Source: Moniliella sp. 'wahieum' (Eukaryota). From it: 64,000 nucleotides of DNA. The stretch spans positions 124,001 to 188,000 of the forward strand of contig RSEE01000046.1 of the NCBI GenBank assembly GCA_003971905.1, written 5' to 3'. The notes beneath the pieces are model-generated. The model was not told the origin of the DNA. It was given only the letters and a program-made list of their open reading frames with translations, and did no database searches. Position numbers and translations under genes: made by a program. Positions 15,657 to 28,808 of the stretch are shown here, in pieces (the stretch's first letter is position 1; the number at the start of each line of letters is the position of its first letter).

Positions 15657-17671
15657 GCGCACCACACCCAACCTTGTTCCAATGCGAGTGGGTTGGTCTC
15701 GCCGCCTTCGTTCGCATCAAATCCAATGTTCCCATCTGCGGACCCCAACTTGCACTTGGCTGAGTTTGACTTTATACAGAGAGGATGAGAAATATCCTTA
15801 GCCATTCGTTAGAAGATTGATCTCGTCAAATTGTTTTTAGATGTACCTTGAAGGAGTATATCCAGGACAACTCCATGGCATCACCTACTAGCTCGGTAAC
15901 GGCATGCTCACCTGGCAGGTTACTCGCTCCGGGTCGGAAGCACGCCCGCATCCCTCACCCTCACTGAAACTTGTTTGCAGAGGCCTCCATCTATAGTTAA
16001 GGGCACACCCGATCCGGCCGTGGGTTCATGCATGAGTCAGTGGAGGCGTCCGGTCGGAAGAGGAAGGTTGGTACGGTATTCATAGGTTGGTATCCTGAGC
16101 GGTTAATGAGAGAGAGAGTAGTAGCCAATTTAAAAGCGGTCACTTGTACACCTACTAAAGTATACTTTTGTGAGAAGCATTCTCTAGGGGAGATACGGGG
16201 GGGCGTACCACAGCTTGTACGCCCGGGCCAATGGCGTTTCGCGGACCCAGTCGTTCTTCAGGACAAGCAGGATGACGCGTGACGCCAACGCAGATGATGG
16301 CCATGCATCCTAAACCTTGAAGCTTGAGCGCCGAGAAAAGTGGCGTGTGTGTGTAGTATACTATGAAGACAAGGACAGCGGCCCCTTATTAGCGATATGG
16401 ATACAGAGATCCTCTGTGTGCATGGGGCATCAGATGCATTAGGCGCGGAGAAGAGGCATTCCATCCTAAGACATTTGGCCTTTCTTGTGCGACCCCTATG
16501 CAAAGGGACAGGCGCCCTGCCTCGCTTCATCTGTGTACATGCGGCAAAATGGGTGTTTGTCTCTTGCATCGACCTGCACTCGAGGCGGCGGGGCGTCTGT
16601 GTGGCATTGCCTGTCCTGCTGTGTAGTCCAGAACGTACCAGGAGACGGCAAGGGAGGTCAATGACTAGTGAGGCCCTGCAGCTACCCTTCTGTTCGATCA
16701 AAGCGGGTGCCCGGAGGATAGACTTGTGCGAGGCGCGGCCCCGTTCCGCCTCTCTGTTCCGCCCCTTCCTGTGGGGCCTCCGGGCTGCCGTTCCCCTGAT
16801 TGCATCCTCACCACCTCTTCCCCTGCCTTGCCCGCCTGCCACTAGCACAACAAGACTACATTATGGCTCTCCACTAGCGAATCGACCGGATTTATGAGTT
16901 CTGGTTAAATGGTCAAACAAGTTATTATTAGCAGACCCAAAGCCGTTTTGCCGATGGACCTCCCCGCTTGTCCTTGTGGGGGGCAGCGTTATAACCTTTT
17001 GCGCATACTGTCGTTCATGTGCTGCATGATTCATTCTGGCCTCGATCACTGAGCCGCTTTTCTCATGCCTGTAGATTACAACTATCCTCACGGGCTCCCA
17101 GCTCCACCTTGGATGTAGGCGCTACCGTGTAGTGCGTGAAGTCAGGTGGTTAACTTTTGTCTCCCATCGTCCACACACACGCGTCACTTATAGCCGTGAG
17201 GCCGCCGACGAAGACTACTAGAAAGTGCGCGACACCTCTTCGGCACGCCCTGCGCCAGTCCCGCTTTTACGCGTTCCCTTTTGTTGTTTCCACTTCCCTC
17301 CTTTTTCCCGCCAAATGCTGCTGCAGCGTGGGGTTGGCAGTGGACGCGGTTGTGGTGTAAAAGGGGAGCTAGGCGCATCAAGTGACCATTGAAAGGCCGG
17401 GTGGACGGGCACGGCGGGGACATGCGGGGGGCAGCAGTGACTAGTGACATGTGACACATGACATGTGCCAAGACCTGTGTGACTAGTGACGTCACTCGTG
17501 ACGACGTGTGGGACATGGGGTCACAGGTGACATGCATGACATGCGGCATGCGGCAGGGTAGCAGCCTTTGCACCGATCTCCAGTCCTCCCTTTTCCGCCA
17601 GCGGAATGGAATGCACCACCTACCTTGCGGTATTCGGCTGGTTGGTGAGTTGAATATCTCAAGAGGCTTGA

Positions 17672-20258
17672 TTGGCTGCTCCACTCCACCGCCTTGCCGT
17701 GATCGCCATGAAGTACCTCCTCCAGGCGATTCAGGCTCACCGCGCCGACGTCCCCGTCGCTGACCGCGAGCTGTGGACGCTGATCTCCGACACGCACAAG
17801 GCCCGTGACCAGCGTGAAGAGTTTCTCGAGTCCATCGAACGCGTCCTTGCTGAGTTGCGCGCGTACTCGGAGCACTCGGCCGCGTTCCTCAACCGTGTCA
17901 GTAAGCGTGACGCCCCCGACTACTACGACGTGATCAAGCACCCCATGGATATTGGCTCCATGCAGAAGAAGGTGCGCCAGGGTCAGTACAAGAACAAGAA
18001 GCAGTTTGCCCACGACCTCGACCTCATCTGGAACAACTGCCTCATCTATAACACCGACCCGGCTCACCCGCTTCGACGCAATGTGTACTTTATGCGCAAG
18101 AAGGCCGCCCATCTTCTGAGTTTTGCACGACAAGTCCGAGCCGCAAGATGCCCTGCGCCAGTTCGAGTCCATTGCCTCTACCTGGCAGACCAAACCCCAC
18201 CCGCGCTCTCAGTCTCTGCTCCCGCGGCCGCCGTCGACGGTACTCGTCCCTCGCCTGGTTTGGACACGGGCCGGCAGGTGATTCTACAGCGGCGGGTGAT
18301 TCTTCTGACATCGCGGGCACGCCACTACGCGCTCCCGTTCCTGCGATATCCATCCCCTTCGGTGATCGCCCCGCTCTTTCCCGTTCATCTCATGGAATGA
18401 ACACTTTCTCTCTACTGGACCAGTCCTTGTCCTCCCTGCAACAATCATCCCGTCCGTTCTCACCCCAGCCTTCCCCGCCGCCATCTTATCCTTTACCATC
18501 CCATTCCTTTCAATCCAAAACACCTCCACCAGATGCCCCACTCTCTTCTGGCCACATTTCTTCCCCCCCGGCGACCGGCCCCCATCTTCTGCTCATTTGG
18601 ACCACGACGCGTTTGATGCAGCTATTCGCGACATCCGTGTGGCCGGTCCCCTCCATTCATCCCTGACCGCATTGCCTCAGAATACGGGGATGGAATCATC
18701 GTCCCTCGCCCTTTGGATCCACTGGACGATCCAAGTCTACCTTCCTCGTCATCCGAACAGTCAGGCGCGTCCACTGCAGCAGAAGCGATGACCACTATCC
18801 TTCCTCTCTCGGTTCTTGGTGGACGCGATGCCGTCTACCTCGTTAGCCGGAAACGGGATTCCATCTGCTCCACCATCAAGTCGGCCTCTAACTACAGCAG
18901 AGGCTGCCGCCTACCAAACTCATTTGGCTCACCGTTTGCAGCGTGCAAAGCGAAAACATGTCGATGCACCGCTGGAAGATAGCGCCGGATCTTCGCAGGA
19001 GGCTGGGTCCCATCCTCCCCCACCTAAGCGATATCGCAACCGAATCCCTCAATCGATCGCTATCTTGGCCAAAGTCCGCTCGGTGAATGCCAAGGTTGGC
19101 GCATTGGTGCACGCCAATGGAACCAACGAGCCAATCCCCACCTGGTCATTGGATGCAGAGGATGAAGGTGAGGAGGACGAGGAGGCAGAGGAAGATGAGG
19201 ATGGGGAAGGCGGTGCTATCCGGCACAGGCCGAGCTCCCCCCTCTGGACCCCGAGCGGAAGTTTGCCTCGGCCTTCGGTATGATCTCGCCATTTCCGGAT
19301 CCCCCCAGTCTGGGCCATCAGACGAAGTGCCAATGGCGCCCTTGTCTCGCATCACGCCTGCGGGAGCTACCCAAGCGATGGCCCATGTGGCTGCTCAGTT
19401 GGCTAGTGTGCATGGGGTGAACGCTGCGCATCGTGCTCCCCTTAGCGTGCTTGCCGATTTGGGAGCTCACATGATCACTGCTGTAGGCCGAACTTTACGT
19501 GCGTATGCCGACCGCCAAGCGAATCCGAGCGCGGAGATGGACACATGCGCTTCGTCCTTGTCGCAAGGCAAGGAATATACCCTTGCCAATCCTAACGACG
19601 CTTCTGGTGGAGTGGCACAATCGGTGCGTCCCGCACACCTGATGACCGTCGATGATATGGTGAGTCATGCCCTGCAGGAGGTGAGTGGGCAGACACCCAC
19701 ATCGTTGGAAACGTACGTCAAGAGCGTGGAGCGCCAAAGGGTACGGTATAACGACATCCTTCGTCGTCTCACCCATGCATGGGAGGGACAAGTTAATGTT
19801 TCCCACTCCCGATTGGCGGATGCCCACGAACGGCTTTACGCCGACCCAGGCTCGTCGGCGCTGACTGCCGGTGGCTTTGCAGACCAAACAGGGATTGACT
19901 TTTTCGGCTTCCGCGAGTTGGGGATCGATGTCGGCTCCCTCTCGGTTCCAATGCACTTGCTGCAGGGAGTTCGGAGGCAAGGCGTCTCTGCGCCTGGGGG
20001 GAGGAGGAGGATGCGCCGCTTACGGACGATCAGGTGGGCTTTGCTCCGCCTCCTCCTTATGTCCCGCTCGGACGAGATGGTGCGGAAGAGCAAATTGGAT
20101 TGCTGCGACCGTTGTATGAAGCACACATGCGCTCTGGCCCAGCTCACAAGGACAACCCGCTTCCTGACGATGACGGCATGATCGGGTCCGATTCGAAGCC
20201 CAAGGCCGGCTTGTGGAGTCGCGTGCCCCCTACTGGACGTCTTCCTCTCTTTCCATGA
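17672..20258 (+). CDS. SPT7: SAGA subunit Spt7 (bromodomain plus histone-fold region)
   Basis: EHSAAFLNRVSKRDAPDYYDVIKHPMDI..YKNKKQFAHDLDLIWNNCLIYN, then histone-fold-like LSVLADL..VGRTLRAYAD, GGFADQTGIDFFGFRELGI and QIGLLRPLYE. Multiple frameshifts; start is approximate. Confidence 0.88.
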
Positions 20259-20637
20259 TCCAGACGGCTTCTTTGCAGGTGCGGCCCCTTGCGCGTCTCT
20301 CCAACGGGCACTCTGATCGTCCCCAGCCTCGGCCAGCCAAGCCAAAACAATCTTCTTAGCATAGCTCATCCCCGGCCCAGGCTCCCGTATATATGCATGC
20401 CCCCCCCCCCGCCCTGTGTCATTCTATCTTGCTTGTCGCACACCTCTGGGATTTTCTGGATGGGGTTATGGTTTCCGAGCTAGAAACGTAGTAGAGAGTA
20501 GTGCAGGCGATCCAAAAGGTGCGGGAACCGGAATTCCCGGATCCAGGATTGTGTATCAGATCGCAGCTCGTAAATGGATGCGAGACGTCAAGGGATTGAG
20601 GGCCGTCAGGTGCGGGCTGGAACAGCGGAACAAGACG

Positions 20638-23023
20638 TTAGCTGATGTCGGGCATACCGGCAACACACGTACTTCTCTTAGGTTTGCGGTTCGGCAATGG
20701 CCACCGCAGTTGAGACGCGAGATTACGTGCGGCCAGCTGAGCGTTGGAGGTACGATGCCGGGTGAAGGCCCCAAGTCGATTCAAAGACCTGTGCACGTGC
20801 TGTGCCACATGGCGACTTGCAAGCTGGACTTGTTGGTCAACCTCGTGTGCTTGGCCATGTGCATAGTGCGTAGTGCGGCGCATGGCAAACAGACTAGCAT
20901 GGAGGGTCTGCTGGATCTTGCCGAGTATGATCCGTGCTTCTTTCTCCCCTTTGGTTCGGGTCAGGTGAGCCCCCTTGGCCGATTGTTTGGTCACCTGATG
21001 GACCGAGTTGGACATCATTGTCGATACAGTCCGAACTTGATCCGCCGTCAATGAGAGGACATCATGCACGGATCCTCCCGCCATAGTAAGCACGCCAGGA
21101 ACCCGTCCAGGCAAGGGCAACCATTTGGCGATGATGTCGCGTATCAAGACACCTTCCTCCTGCAGTTCTGTTAGGAGCTGGTTAAGCTCCCGCCACCACT
21201 GTAAGAGCTCGTTCCAGATCTCCACAAGATTATTCTCCATCCCTGAATTCAACGTTAGTGGCTCATTCATCCAACGAGAGGAAAACTTACAAGGGACAAG
21301 GTAGTTTGGGTCCGCTTTGACCAGCACACTTTCGGCGCACGTAGTAGCAAAGCTACCGATACCACCGTTCGCGTTAGAATCGGGACTGGTTTCTTTCTCC
21401 AGCTCTGTAGGAGTTGGGGCAGATTGGATAGAATCAACGGCAGACTCAGAGTGAGACAGAGACGGGTAGATGGGCGGGGCGATCGCATCAGAAACCCCCG
21501 GCTTTGCAGGTGTCTGATCAACGGGAGTCCATCCTTCGGAAATAGTCTGAGCAGGAGTAAGGATCATGTCGCTTGGACCCCAAGAGGGTAGGGACAAGCC
21601 CACCTCCGCCCGGTCAGAAAGTCTGTTCGGTACGGTAGTGAAATACGATACCATCGCCTGAGCACTTGGGCCTAGCTGGATCATAAGACCCAACAGCGAA
21701 AGAACCAGGGCCACCCAACTGAACAGCTTGAGATTCCACCAGCTGGTTGACAAAGACTTTGGCGGGCCTTTGATGTTATCTTCGGCCTTGGCTTGCGGGT
21801 TCTGTGAGGGCAGGTGAGGGGGCGCGCGAGCCACCCCCTTCTCCGTCGAAGAGCTTGGCCTGATTGGCTGCTTGGGTTCAACCTGCTCGGCAGCATTAAG
21901 AGAGACATAGTCGCCAACCCAGTCCTGACGATTCTGGTGAATGCGGCGAATTTCGGTGTCAAAGTTTACCAGAGGAACAGGGGGCAACACGAATCCGGCA
22001 CCTGGATAACCAACTTGGCGGCGCTGATCGGAGTAAACTTCTTCTTCCCGACTGGACAGATGGCATGTTTGGTTGCTTTCCAAATCAGGTAAGACGAGAG
22101 GAAGGACGACTGCCCCCGAGGGGAGTGACTCGCGCGCTGGAATGGCCACGGGGGGTGTCCCACGTTCAAGGGCACAATGAGGAAGAAGCTTGCGCTTTCC
22201 GTTGGAGGAAACACGCCCGTGGTAATATCCGGCAATGTCTGAGGAAAGAAAAGAGAGGAAAGCGTGTAAATACAGTCAAACACAAGCCACCATTATAGGA
22301 AGACTGGGATGGATGAGCCTTACCTGACATTTGGGAAAAGCGGTAGAGAGTGACGCTTGGATTTCCTTCAAAGCGGGGCACAGACGGCCCGAGAAGATGG
22401 GGAAGAGGATAGGATGTGTACCTTCACCTGAGTCTCATTTACCTCGGTACCAACCAGATCCGATGCAGCCTCGAGCGAAATGTCGGAGCATGCAGGCTCA
22501 CACAGAACACTGCGACGCAAGTTCCAGGGGTGGTCAAGGGACGCTGACGGCTGGCCCGTAACGGGAACGCATTCGGTAAAGCCTGAGTAGCTGGGGGTAC
22601 ACCAACTCTCCTCGAGAGGAGGCGAGGTCGAAGTAAAGAGTCCCGCATGGTGGTTGGGAAGAGATAACACGTCAACAGAGGCCGACACTGTTGACAGTGT
22701 GGCGTGCGACTGGTTGAGAGTGGAGGAATAGTCAATTGGGTGTACAGACGGGCTATCGATCACATCGGCCGCGGGCGGCGAAGAGAGATTGGGAGGGGCA
22801 GACGGCAGGGCCGAGGGGAGGGCATCTGAGCCCGAGCCTTGGTCAGACGGGAGGACATCGTGCAGGAAGTCGTACTCGTCAAGCTCCGATGTGCCGAGGC
22901 TTGACACATCGCTCAGCTCGGCCAGGTCATCGGACGCAGCCGACTGAGAAGGCGGGGAGAGAAGACGACCCGCCCGGCGCGTGCGGGAGAGGAGGAAAAC
23001 ATGGTAAAGCGTCGTATTGGGGG
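20638..23023 (-). CDS. Hypothetical single-pass membrane protein
   Basis: 503-aa ORF with a hydrophobic segment (LFSWVALVLSLLGLMIQLG). Preceded by an acidic Ser-rich ORF (SDDLAELSDVSSLGTSELDEYDFL) with a likely ATG at 23023. Confidence 0.55.
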
Positions 23024-23460
23024 GCAGCGGAGGAGGAGGGCAGACGATGGGGAGAAGGGGAGGGAGGAGGGGGGAGAGAGGGGCAGGACTGGCCAGGCAG
23101 CCTGCAAGCCACCGCCCGATACGCACAGGCCCCGTCCCCCTCCGCCGATAACGGACGACACTGGGCTGAAGCGGGGGCGGCCTCCCCTTACCTAAGCCCC
23201 GCCCTCGCGGGTGCTATAAGCCAGCGCTCACGCGTGAGCTTGCTGCTTTTAATTTAGCCCGCGCTGGCGCTGACGCTCCTCGCTCCTCCCCGTTGACGCA
23301 GCCACCAGCTGTGAAATATCAAGCTGATGCACTGATGTCCCAATAGCACTGGGAGCACCACATTCTCTTCCCCTCGCCCAAAGACTGTGAACAATCACGC
23401 CGGGTTGGGAGCCCAGGACAACGCGGCTTCTGCTCGACCCCTTGGGTACGCCACAAAAAA

Positions 23461-23549
23461 AGCTCCGACTGGGATTCGAACCCAGGTTTCAGGAAAGTTT
23501 GTAGTTGTAGTCTCAAAATCCTACTTCCTAACCACTGGAAGATCAGAGC
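23461..23549 (-). tRNA. tRNA-Gln(UUG) with a 17-nt canonical intron (23496-23512)
   Basis: Acceptor stem GCTCTGA/TCGGAGC, D arm TTCC-AGTGGTTA-GGAA, anticodon stem TAGGA/TCCTG with TTG at 23514-23516, T arm CTGGG-TTCGAAT-CCCAG, followed by an oligo-T Pol III terminator. Confidence 0.93.
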
Positions 23550-23796
23550 TGTATGCGCAAGGCAACAGAGAAAGCACCTTGTGATGCCTGGTATGTCAGA
23601 GCATATCATATTGCACCGAAGTAGTTCCTGTCCTGAAGATGCTTTTTTCTGCTACTGCCCCCCGCCTGGCACCCAACATGCAACACCACCATTTCCACGC
23701 CTTCGTTGGTTGGTCCTTACGGCGGAGGATTCCGTTGCCGTTGAGCACGCGCCGAAGTGTCTTTGCCCACAGCATTACCACCCTTCCCGCACTGCC

Positions 23797-25659
23797 ATGT
23801 CCATCCCTCCCCCCGCGACGATCCAGCGCCTCCCCACCCCGCCCGCGCAGATTACGCGGGTGTACCACGAGGGACTGCCCATCCCCTTAACTCCCGCCCA
23901 AGCTGAGCAACTCGAAACCTTTGCTCGCTCCCTCAAGATTGATACATCGCAGTTTTCAGTTGTCTTGAATCGGGCAACTGTTCGCGTACCAGCCCGGCGG
24001 GTTGAGTCGTTCTGCGTGCCAAGGAGTTGGCCCAGCACGTGTACTTTCCTCCTTGCCCGCTGTCTGGATCGACCCGCAAGACCCCAAGGGCAGGGTGGTT
24101 GCGCTGAAGTACGAATCGATTGCAGAAGTGCCACAGGATTGAAGGACTTTGTTGCCTCTGGGAACCTTGAGTTGACATGGCATCGCGCGAGATTGGGTAC
24201 GACTATTTTACCGCCGACGAAGTCATGTCAGCCATCTTCCCACCCTCGATTGGCGGGTGTGGTACACCCAGCGCGTTTGCCTCCACCGGCCATATTGCGC
24301 ACATGAACCTGCGCGAAGTATGGGTGCCCTACAAGTATGTAGTTGGCCAAGTGGTGTGTTGGATAAGAAACAAGGGATCCGCACTGTCGTCAACAAGCTG
24401 GACGCTATCGACACCCGTTTCCGCACCTTTGCCATGGAGCTTCTGGCCGGCAAGCCGGACTACGAGGTTACCCTCACTGAGCATGGATGCAACTTCACCT
24501 TTGATTTCCGCCACGTTTACTGGAATTCGCGTCTTGAATCGGAGCATGCCCGTTTGGTTCATCTCTTGGCCCTGGGGCCGTGGTGGTGGACGCGATGGCG
24601 GGGGTGGGACCTTTTGCTGTCCCAGCTGCTCGAGTCAACAAGTGCGAGGTGTGGGCGAACGACTTGAACCCCGCATCGTATGACGCGTTGGTTGCAAAAT
24701 GCGCGGGGAAATCATGTGTCCGACGGGTGCATTCCTCGTGCGAAGATGCCTACACTTACATCCCACGCGCGGTGGAACAAGTTTGGAACGAGCCACCCTC
24801 GGGCGTTATTATCGCCTCTGCACAGGAGATGCGCAAGGCTCAAACATGAGTTGAAGCAAGTGGGGCAAGAGCGAAGGGAGAAAGCATTGGCCCAGGGTCT
24901 GTCCAATGCGCCTATGCCCACCCAGAGGAGGAGGCGTCCAACCCCATTGCCCTTCTTCCCCATGGTCGCCCCCGTAAGCTGCCCGAGCACTTTGTCATGA
25001 ACCTTCCCTCCACGGCCCTCCACTTTCTGGGCGCCTTCCGTGGCGCCTACCGCTCCTTGGCTTCCACCCCATCACGCAGGGCCGAACTGGATGCTGAGAT
25101 CGTGGCTCGAGCTCAAGACCCTTTGGCTCACGGCCTGCCCTGGCCCTTGGTACATGTCTATTGCTTCACGAAAGATATGGAGCACCCTGCCGAGGACTTG
25201 ATTCAACGGGCGAACGAAGCGATGGGAATAGCGCTGGATTCAGAGCATGCGCTCCAGGTGCCAGACGAAATTTTGACCGTGCCCAACAAGGACCTCAAGA
25301 AAGGGCGTGCCGAGTCTCGGCCAGTCTCCCAGGTCCCTACTCCGGCTGACGCAAACAAGTGGGACCCGCTGAACCCCGGCCGGCCCAAGGCGACCTTGAC
25401 CTATGTTCGCACCGTCTCGCCGAACAAGGACATGTACTGCCTCTCCTTCCCCTTAGGGCCGCATGTCCTGCTCGATCTGGACCCGGTCCCCTTGCCGGGT
25501 AGTGAGACGTCAGCCGTTCAGCACCCCTTCCCCCCATCGACAGGTCCAAGCGCATCAAGCCCAGCGATTTGGCCGTGCGCGACCCCAAGGCTTCTGTCCT
25601 GCCAGCTAGCACGTACTGGATGGCCGAGCCAGCAGCCACCAGCTAAATGTGCTCGATGA
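23797..25659 (+). CDS. TRM5: tRNA (guanine-37-N1)-methyltransferase
   Basis: [105 protein letters not shown]. Many indels. Confidence 0.93.
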
Positions 25660-26757
25660 GCCGCCAATGCAACTCTAAACAAATATCAGACAACATCCGA
25701 GCTATGAAGTAGGCCAGTTAGGGACAAGAAGGAGAAGACATGATGTCCATTTTAAAGATGGAGAAGGTGTAGGGACAATAGGTCATCGACACTCATGGGC
25801 TCAGCAAAAGCGAACCTCCGGACGATGGTTTTAGCAGCCCCCTGGGCTTTCTTCTGCCGGGGCCAAGGGCCGGTCTCCGCCACGAAAGAGGCGAGCCGGA
25901 CGGGGAAGGAGGCGCACCGGCGCGGCATCAAGTGCCGCATAAGGGTAAGGAAAAGAAGCTTGGAGGGGCGCCCGCGACCGTCTTTTATAGGCCACCGCGA
26001 ACGACGGCAAATTTTGATCTCGGCCGTGGGGGCAGTGTGGCGAGTTTGGCGGAAGGGCAGTGTGTGAGCCTCCACTTGGATAGGGTTGCCCCTGTTAGTG
26101 GCAAGGCGTAACCCTAAGTGAATGATCGTTTGAAAGATCATCGATCATCGAACATCGATCATTTGGGTTAAACGTTAAACGTTAACCGGTTCGGCTTGGG
26201 AACCGAAGAGGCAAAGGCGCGTGCAACACAGACTCGTCGTGCCAAAGCAGGTTCAGGCTGAGCCGCACCTAGTGGACTTCCTTTCTTTCCAGCGCTGCGG
26301 CCGGCCCCGAAGGGTGCTATTCAACCAACGCCCCCTGGGCTTCCCGCTAAAAGTACCTCGGGGGCTCATATTGAATCGCCAAATGTTAATGATAGTTCTA
26401 GTGCAATTGCCATGAAATAGGGAAACGGAAAACGGGCCATACGGTCGAGCAAACCAAAGCAAAGAGTGGGATGGATAACAGGAGAGAGCACCCCGTCCTC
26501 CCCTCCTTGACTTCGGAAATCAAGGCCCTGCAGAAAAACAAACCGCCATCCTCACAATGAGCACAGAGAAGATACTGTCCATACGGGCAGTCCCACCAAA
26601 GGCCAATTCCAATGCTGCGCCTTGAAGGCCCCAATGCGGCCGAGGGAATTGGAATGGGGTGTCAAAAGGGGGGGTCGTAAATGATAGTGGCATACGTGTG
26701 GGGAAAAGAAGCGGAGGATGAACGCAAGGCAAAGTAATGACAAGGATCAAGGCCGTC

Positions 26758-28195
26758 TTACAGTTGCTCATAGATGTCCTGGTCCTTACGGCTCTTGGTC
26801 ATGGCCGCAATGATGGCAGAGCCCACACCAGAGCCATCTTCAGCTTGGTGAAGCTTGATCTTACGCCCTGACTCACCAAAAATATCAACGAGACCTTGCG
26901 AAATGCGTTCAGGGAAACCTGGGTACTTGCTGAACAGGCTTCCATCCGCCCCCGCCACATCCATCCTCGATATATCCCATCTTGGTGACCAGAGCGGCAA
27001 TCCCGCACGCTGACAAGCGTGCAGAGCGGGTCCCAATCAGTTGGGCCAGGCTGCGGAAAAACTGGCGCTCGGCCAGGGTGGTCTCCAAGCCAAAGAAGTG
27101 AACAAAGAGTCCGGTAATAGTAAGCAACTCGGGCGTCGGGTCGGCCTCCATGAGGGAGAGGAACGCAGTGTCAAATACAAACGGTGACTCGATCTTGTAT
27201 GTGTTTTGGCCGACAAAGAGGGACCCCTCGTCCACCATCTCTGTCATGCAGAGGCGGAAGATTTCACCAAGATAGAGACCGGCAATCATCTTTTCATACA
27301 CTTGCTGTGTTGGCTTATTGGATGTCATGTCGATCGTTTCGTCGTACTTGGTTCGAGGCAGGAACTTGGGATGGTATGAATCAAACGCACCATATTCACA
27401 GTTGATTGCCATATCGTCGTCTAGGCTGACTTCAGGGTGGTCCTTGGTAAATTTGGGAATGTCCCGCACGTGCTCCATGTAGGCGGCGTTGCACCCCGTG
27501 CCAAAAATGCAGGCAATCTTCACGTCCGGGTCGGTATAGTGGGATGCAATTAGGGTACCGGTTGTATCATTAATTAGAGAGGTAAGACGGATGGGAATGT
27601 TGTACTTGGTGAGTGAGGAACGGAACAGAGTAGCCACATCCCGGTTTTCAGTGTTGGGATTACCAAAACCTTTGGTCCAGCGGACCAGTTCGCCATGGTC
27701 AATGCGTTCCTGCTCCATAGGGTAGGAAAAGGTAAACCCGAGAGGAATACGATGTTCGATGTCCAGAGAGCCATCGGCCTTGTGAGGAATCGTCTCATCG
27801 ACAAAGGTGCCGAGGCATTGGGCACAGAAGTCAAACAACTCCGACCCTTCGCAATGCTTCTGTTCCTCGGTGAGCTTAAACTTGGACTGGGTCACATGGA
27901 ACGTGCGATCGCCGTGGAGCTCTACGAGACAAACCCGCAAATTGGTTCCGCCTAGATCGAGGGCGAGATACTTGCCCTCCTCTTTGCCAGTGGGAAACCC
28001 AAAGACGTAGGTGGCAAACATCCGGACCGTCTGCCCGTGCTTGTCCAAGCCGTTCTGCAGCACCTCGACAAAGTTGTGGGTAATGTCCTGCAGCTGGGCG
28101 GGGGAAACAGTGAAAAGGTCGGTGTACTTGGCCAACAGCTGGTCCAGCTGAGCCTGGCGCGCCTCGGGCATCTTGTTATTCTCGTTGCTGCTCAT
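26758..28195 (-). CDS. HXK: Hexokinase
   Basis: YLALDLGGTNLRV, LGFTFSYP, WTKGF, INDTTGT, IFGTGCNAAY, EKMIAGLYLGE, AEDGSGVGSA. Frameshift near 26950. A possible short first exon starts at ATG 28290. Confidence 0.97.
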
Positions 28196-28586
28196 GCTAA
28201 AGGTGACCTAGGCCAGAGCGACACAGGTGTTAGCACCGCAAATGAAATGCAGGCGACTGTCACAAGTGCAGCACCCCCTGTACCAACCATGGCAACAGTG
28301 TGCGCTGCAGAGCCAACACAGGCGGAGATGCCTGCCCAAGTCAAGAGGGGAATAGTAGGAACATACGTGATCTAAGCGGGCAGATGGAGCTCCGCGGGGG
28401 AGACGGGTTCGGTACATGGAGAGGCAAGATATGAGAGGTGAGGAGGTGAGGATGGAAGGCGGTGTGGAGGACGGAAAGGGATGGTGGTGGGCCGAGAGCA
28501 ATACAGGGGGACACACGCCCACTTACATTTCGAAGCGCAAGGGGGGCTGGGGCAAAGTTCAACGTTCAGCGGATTAAGCGCAAAGC

Positions 28587-28635
28587 GCTCCAGCTTAAGC
28601 TTCAAGCTTCAAGCTTCAAGCTAGCTTGAAGCTTG
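28587..28635. repeat. (AAGCTTC)n 7-bp palindrome-based tandem array with an inverted continuation
   Basis: aagcttcaagcttcaagcttcaagctagcttgaagcttga. Confidence 0.85.
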
Positions 28636-28750
28636 ACGCGCGAGGCCCAAGGTTGAATGACAATGACATGAATGACAGCTGTGGGCGGGCACGGGGGCAG
28701 TACGGCAGCAGCCCGCAGCCTGTTTCTGTAGTGGCTTCGGGGTAGCCTCT

Positions 28751-28808
28751 GGGGGCTGAGCCTGGGGCTGAGGCTGGGTTTGGGGCTGGGCTGGGGCTGG
28801 GGCTGGGG
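28751..28808 (+). repeat. (GGGCTG)n G-rich repeat in the hexokinase upstream region
   Basis: ggggctgaggctgggtttggggctgggctggggctggggctgggg. Confidence 0.8.

Noticed and set aside
16028..17360. ORFs between RPS12 and SPT7
   Set aside because: No motifs or protein-like composition; chance ORFs in GC-rich intergenic DNA.
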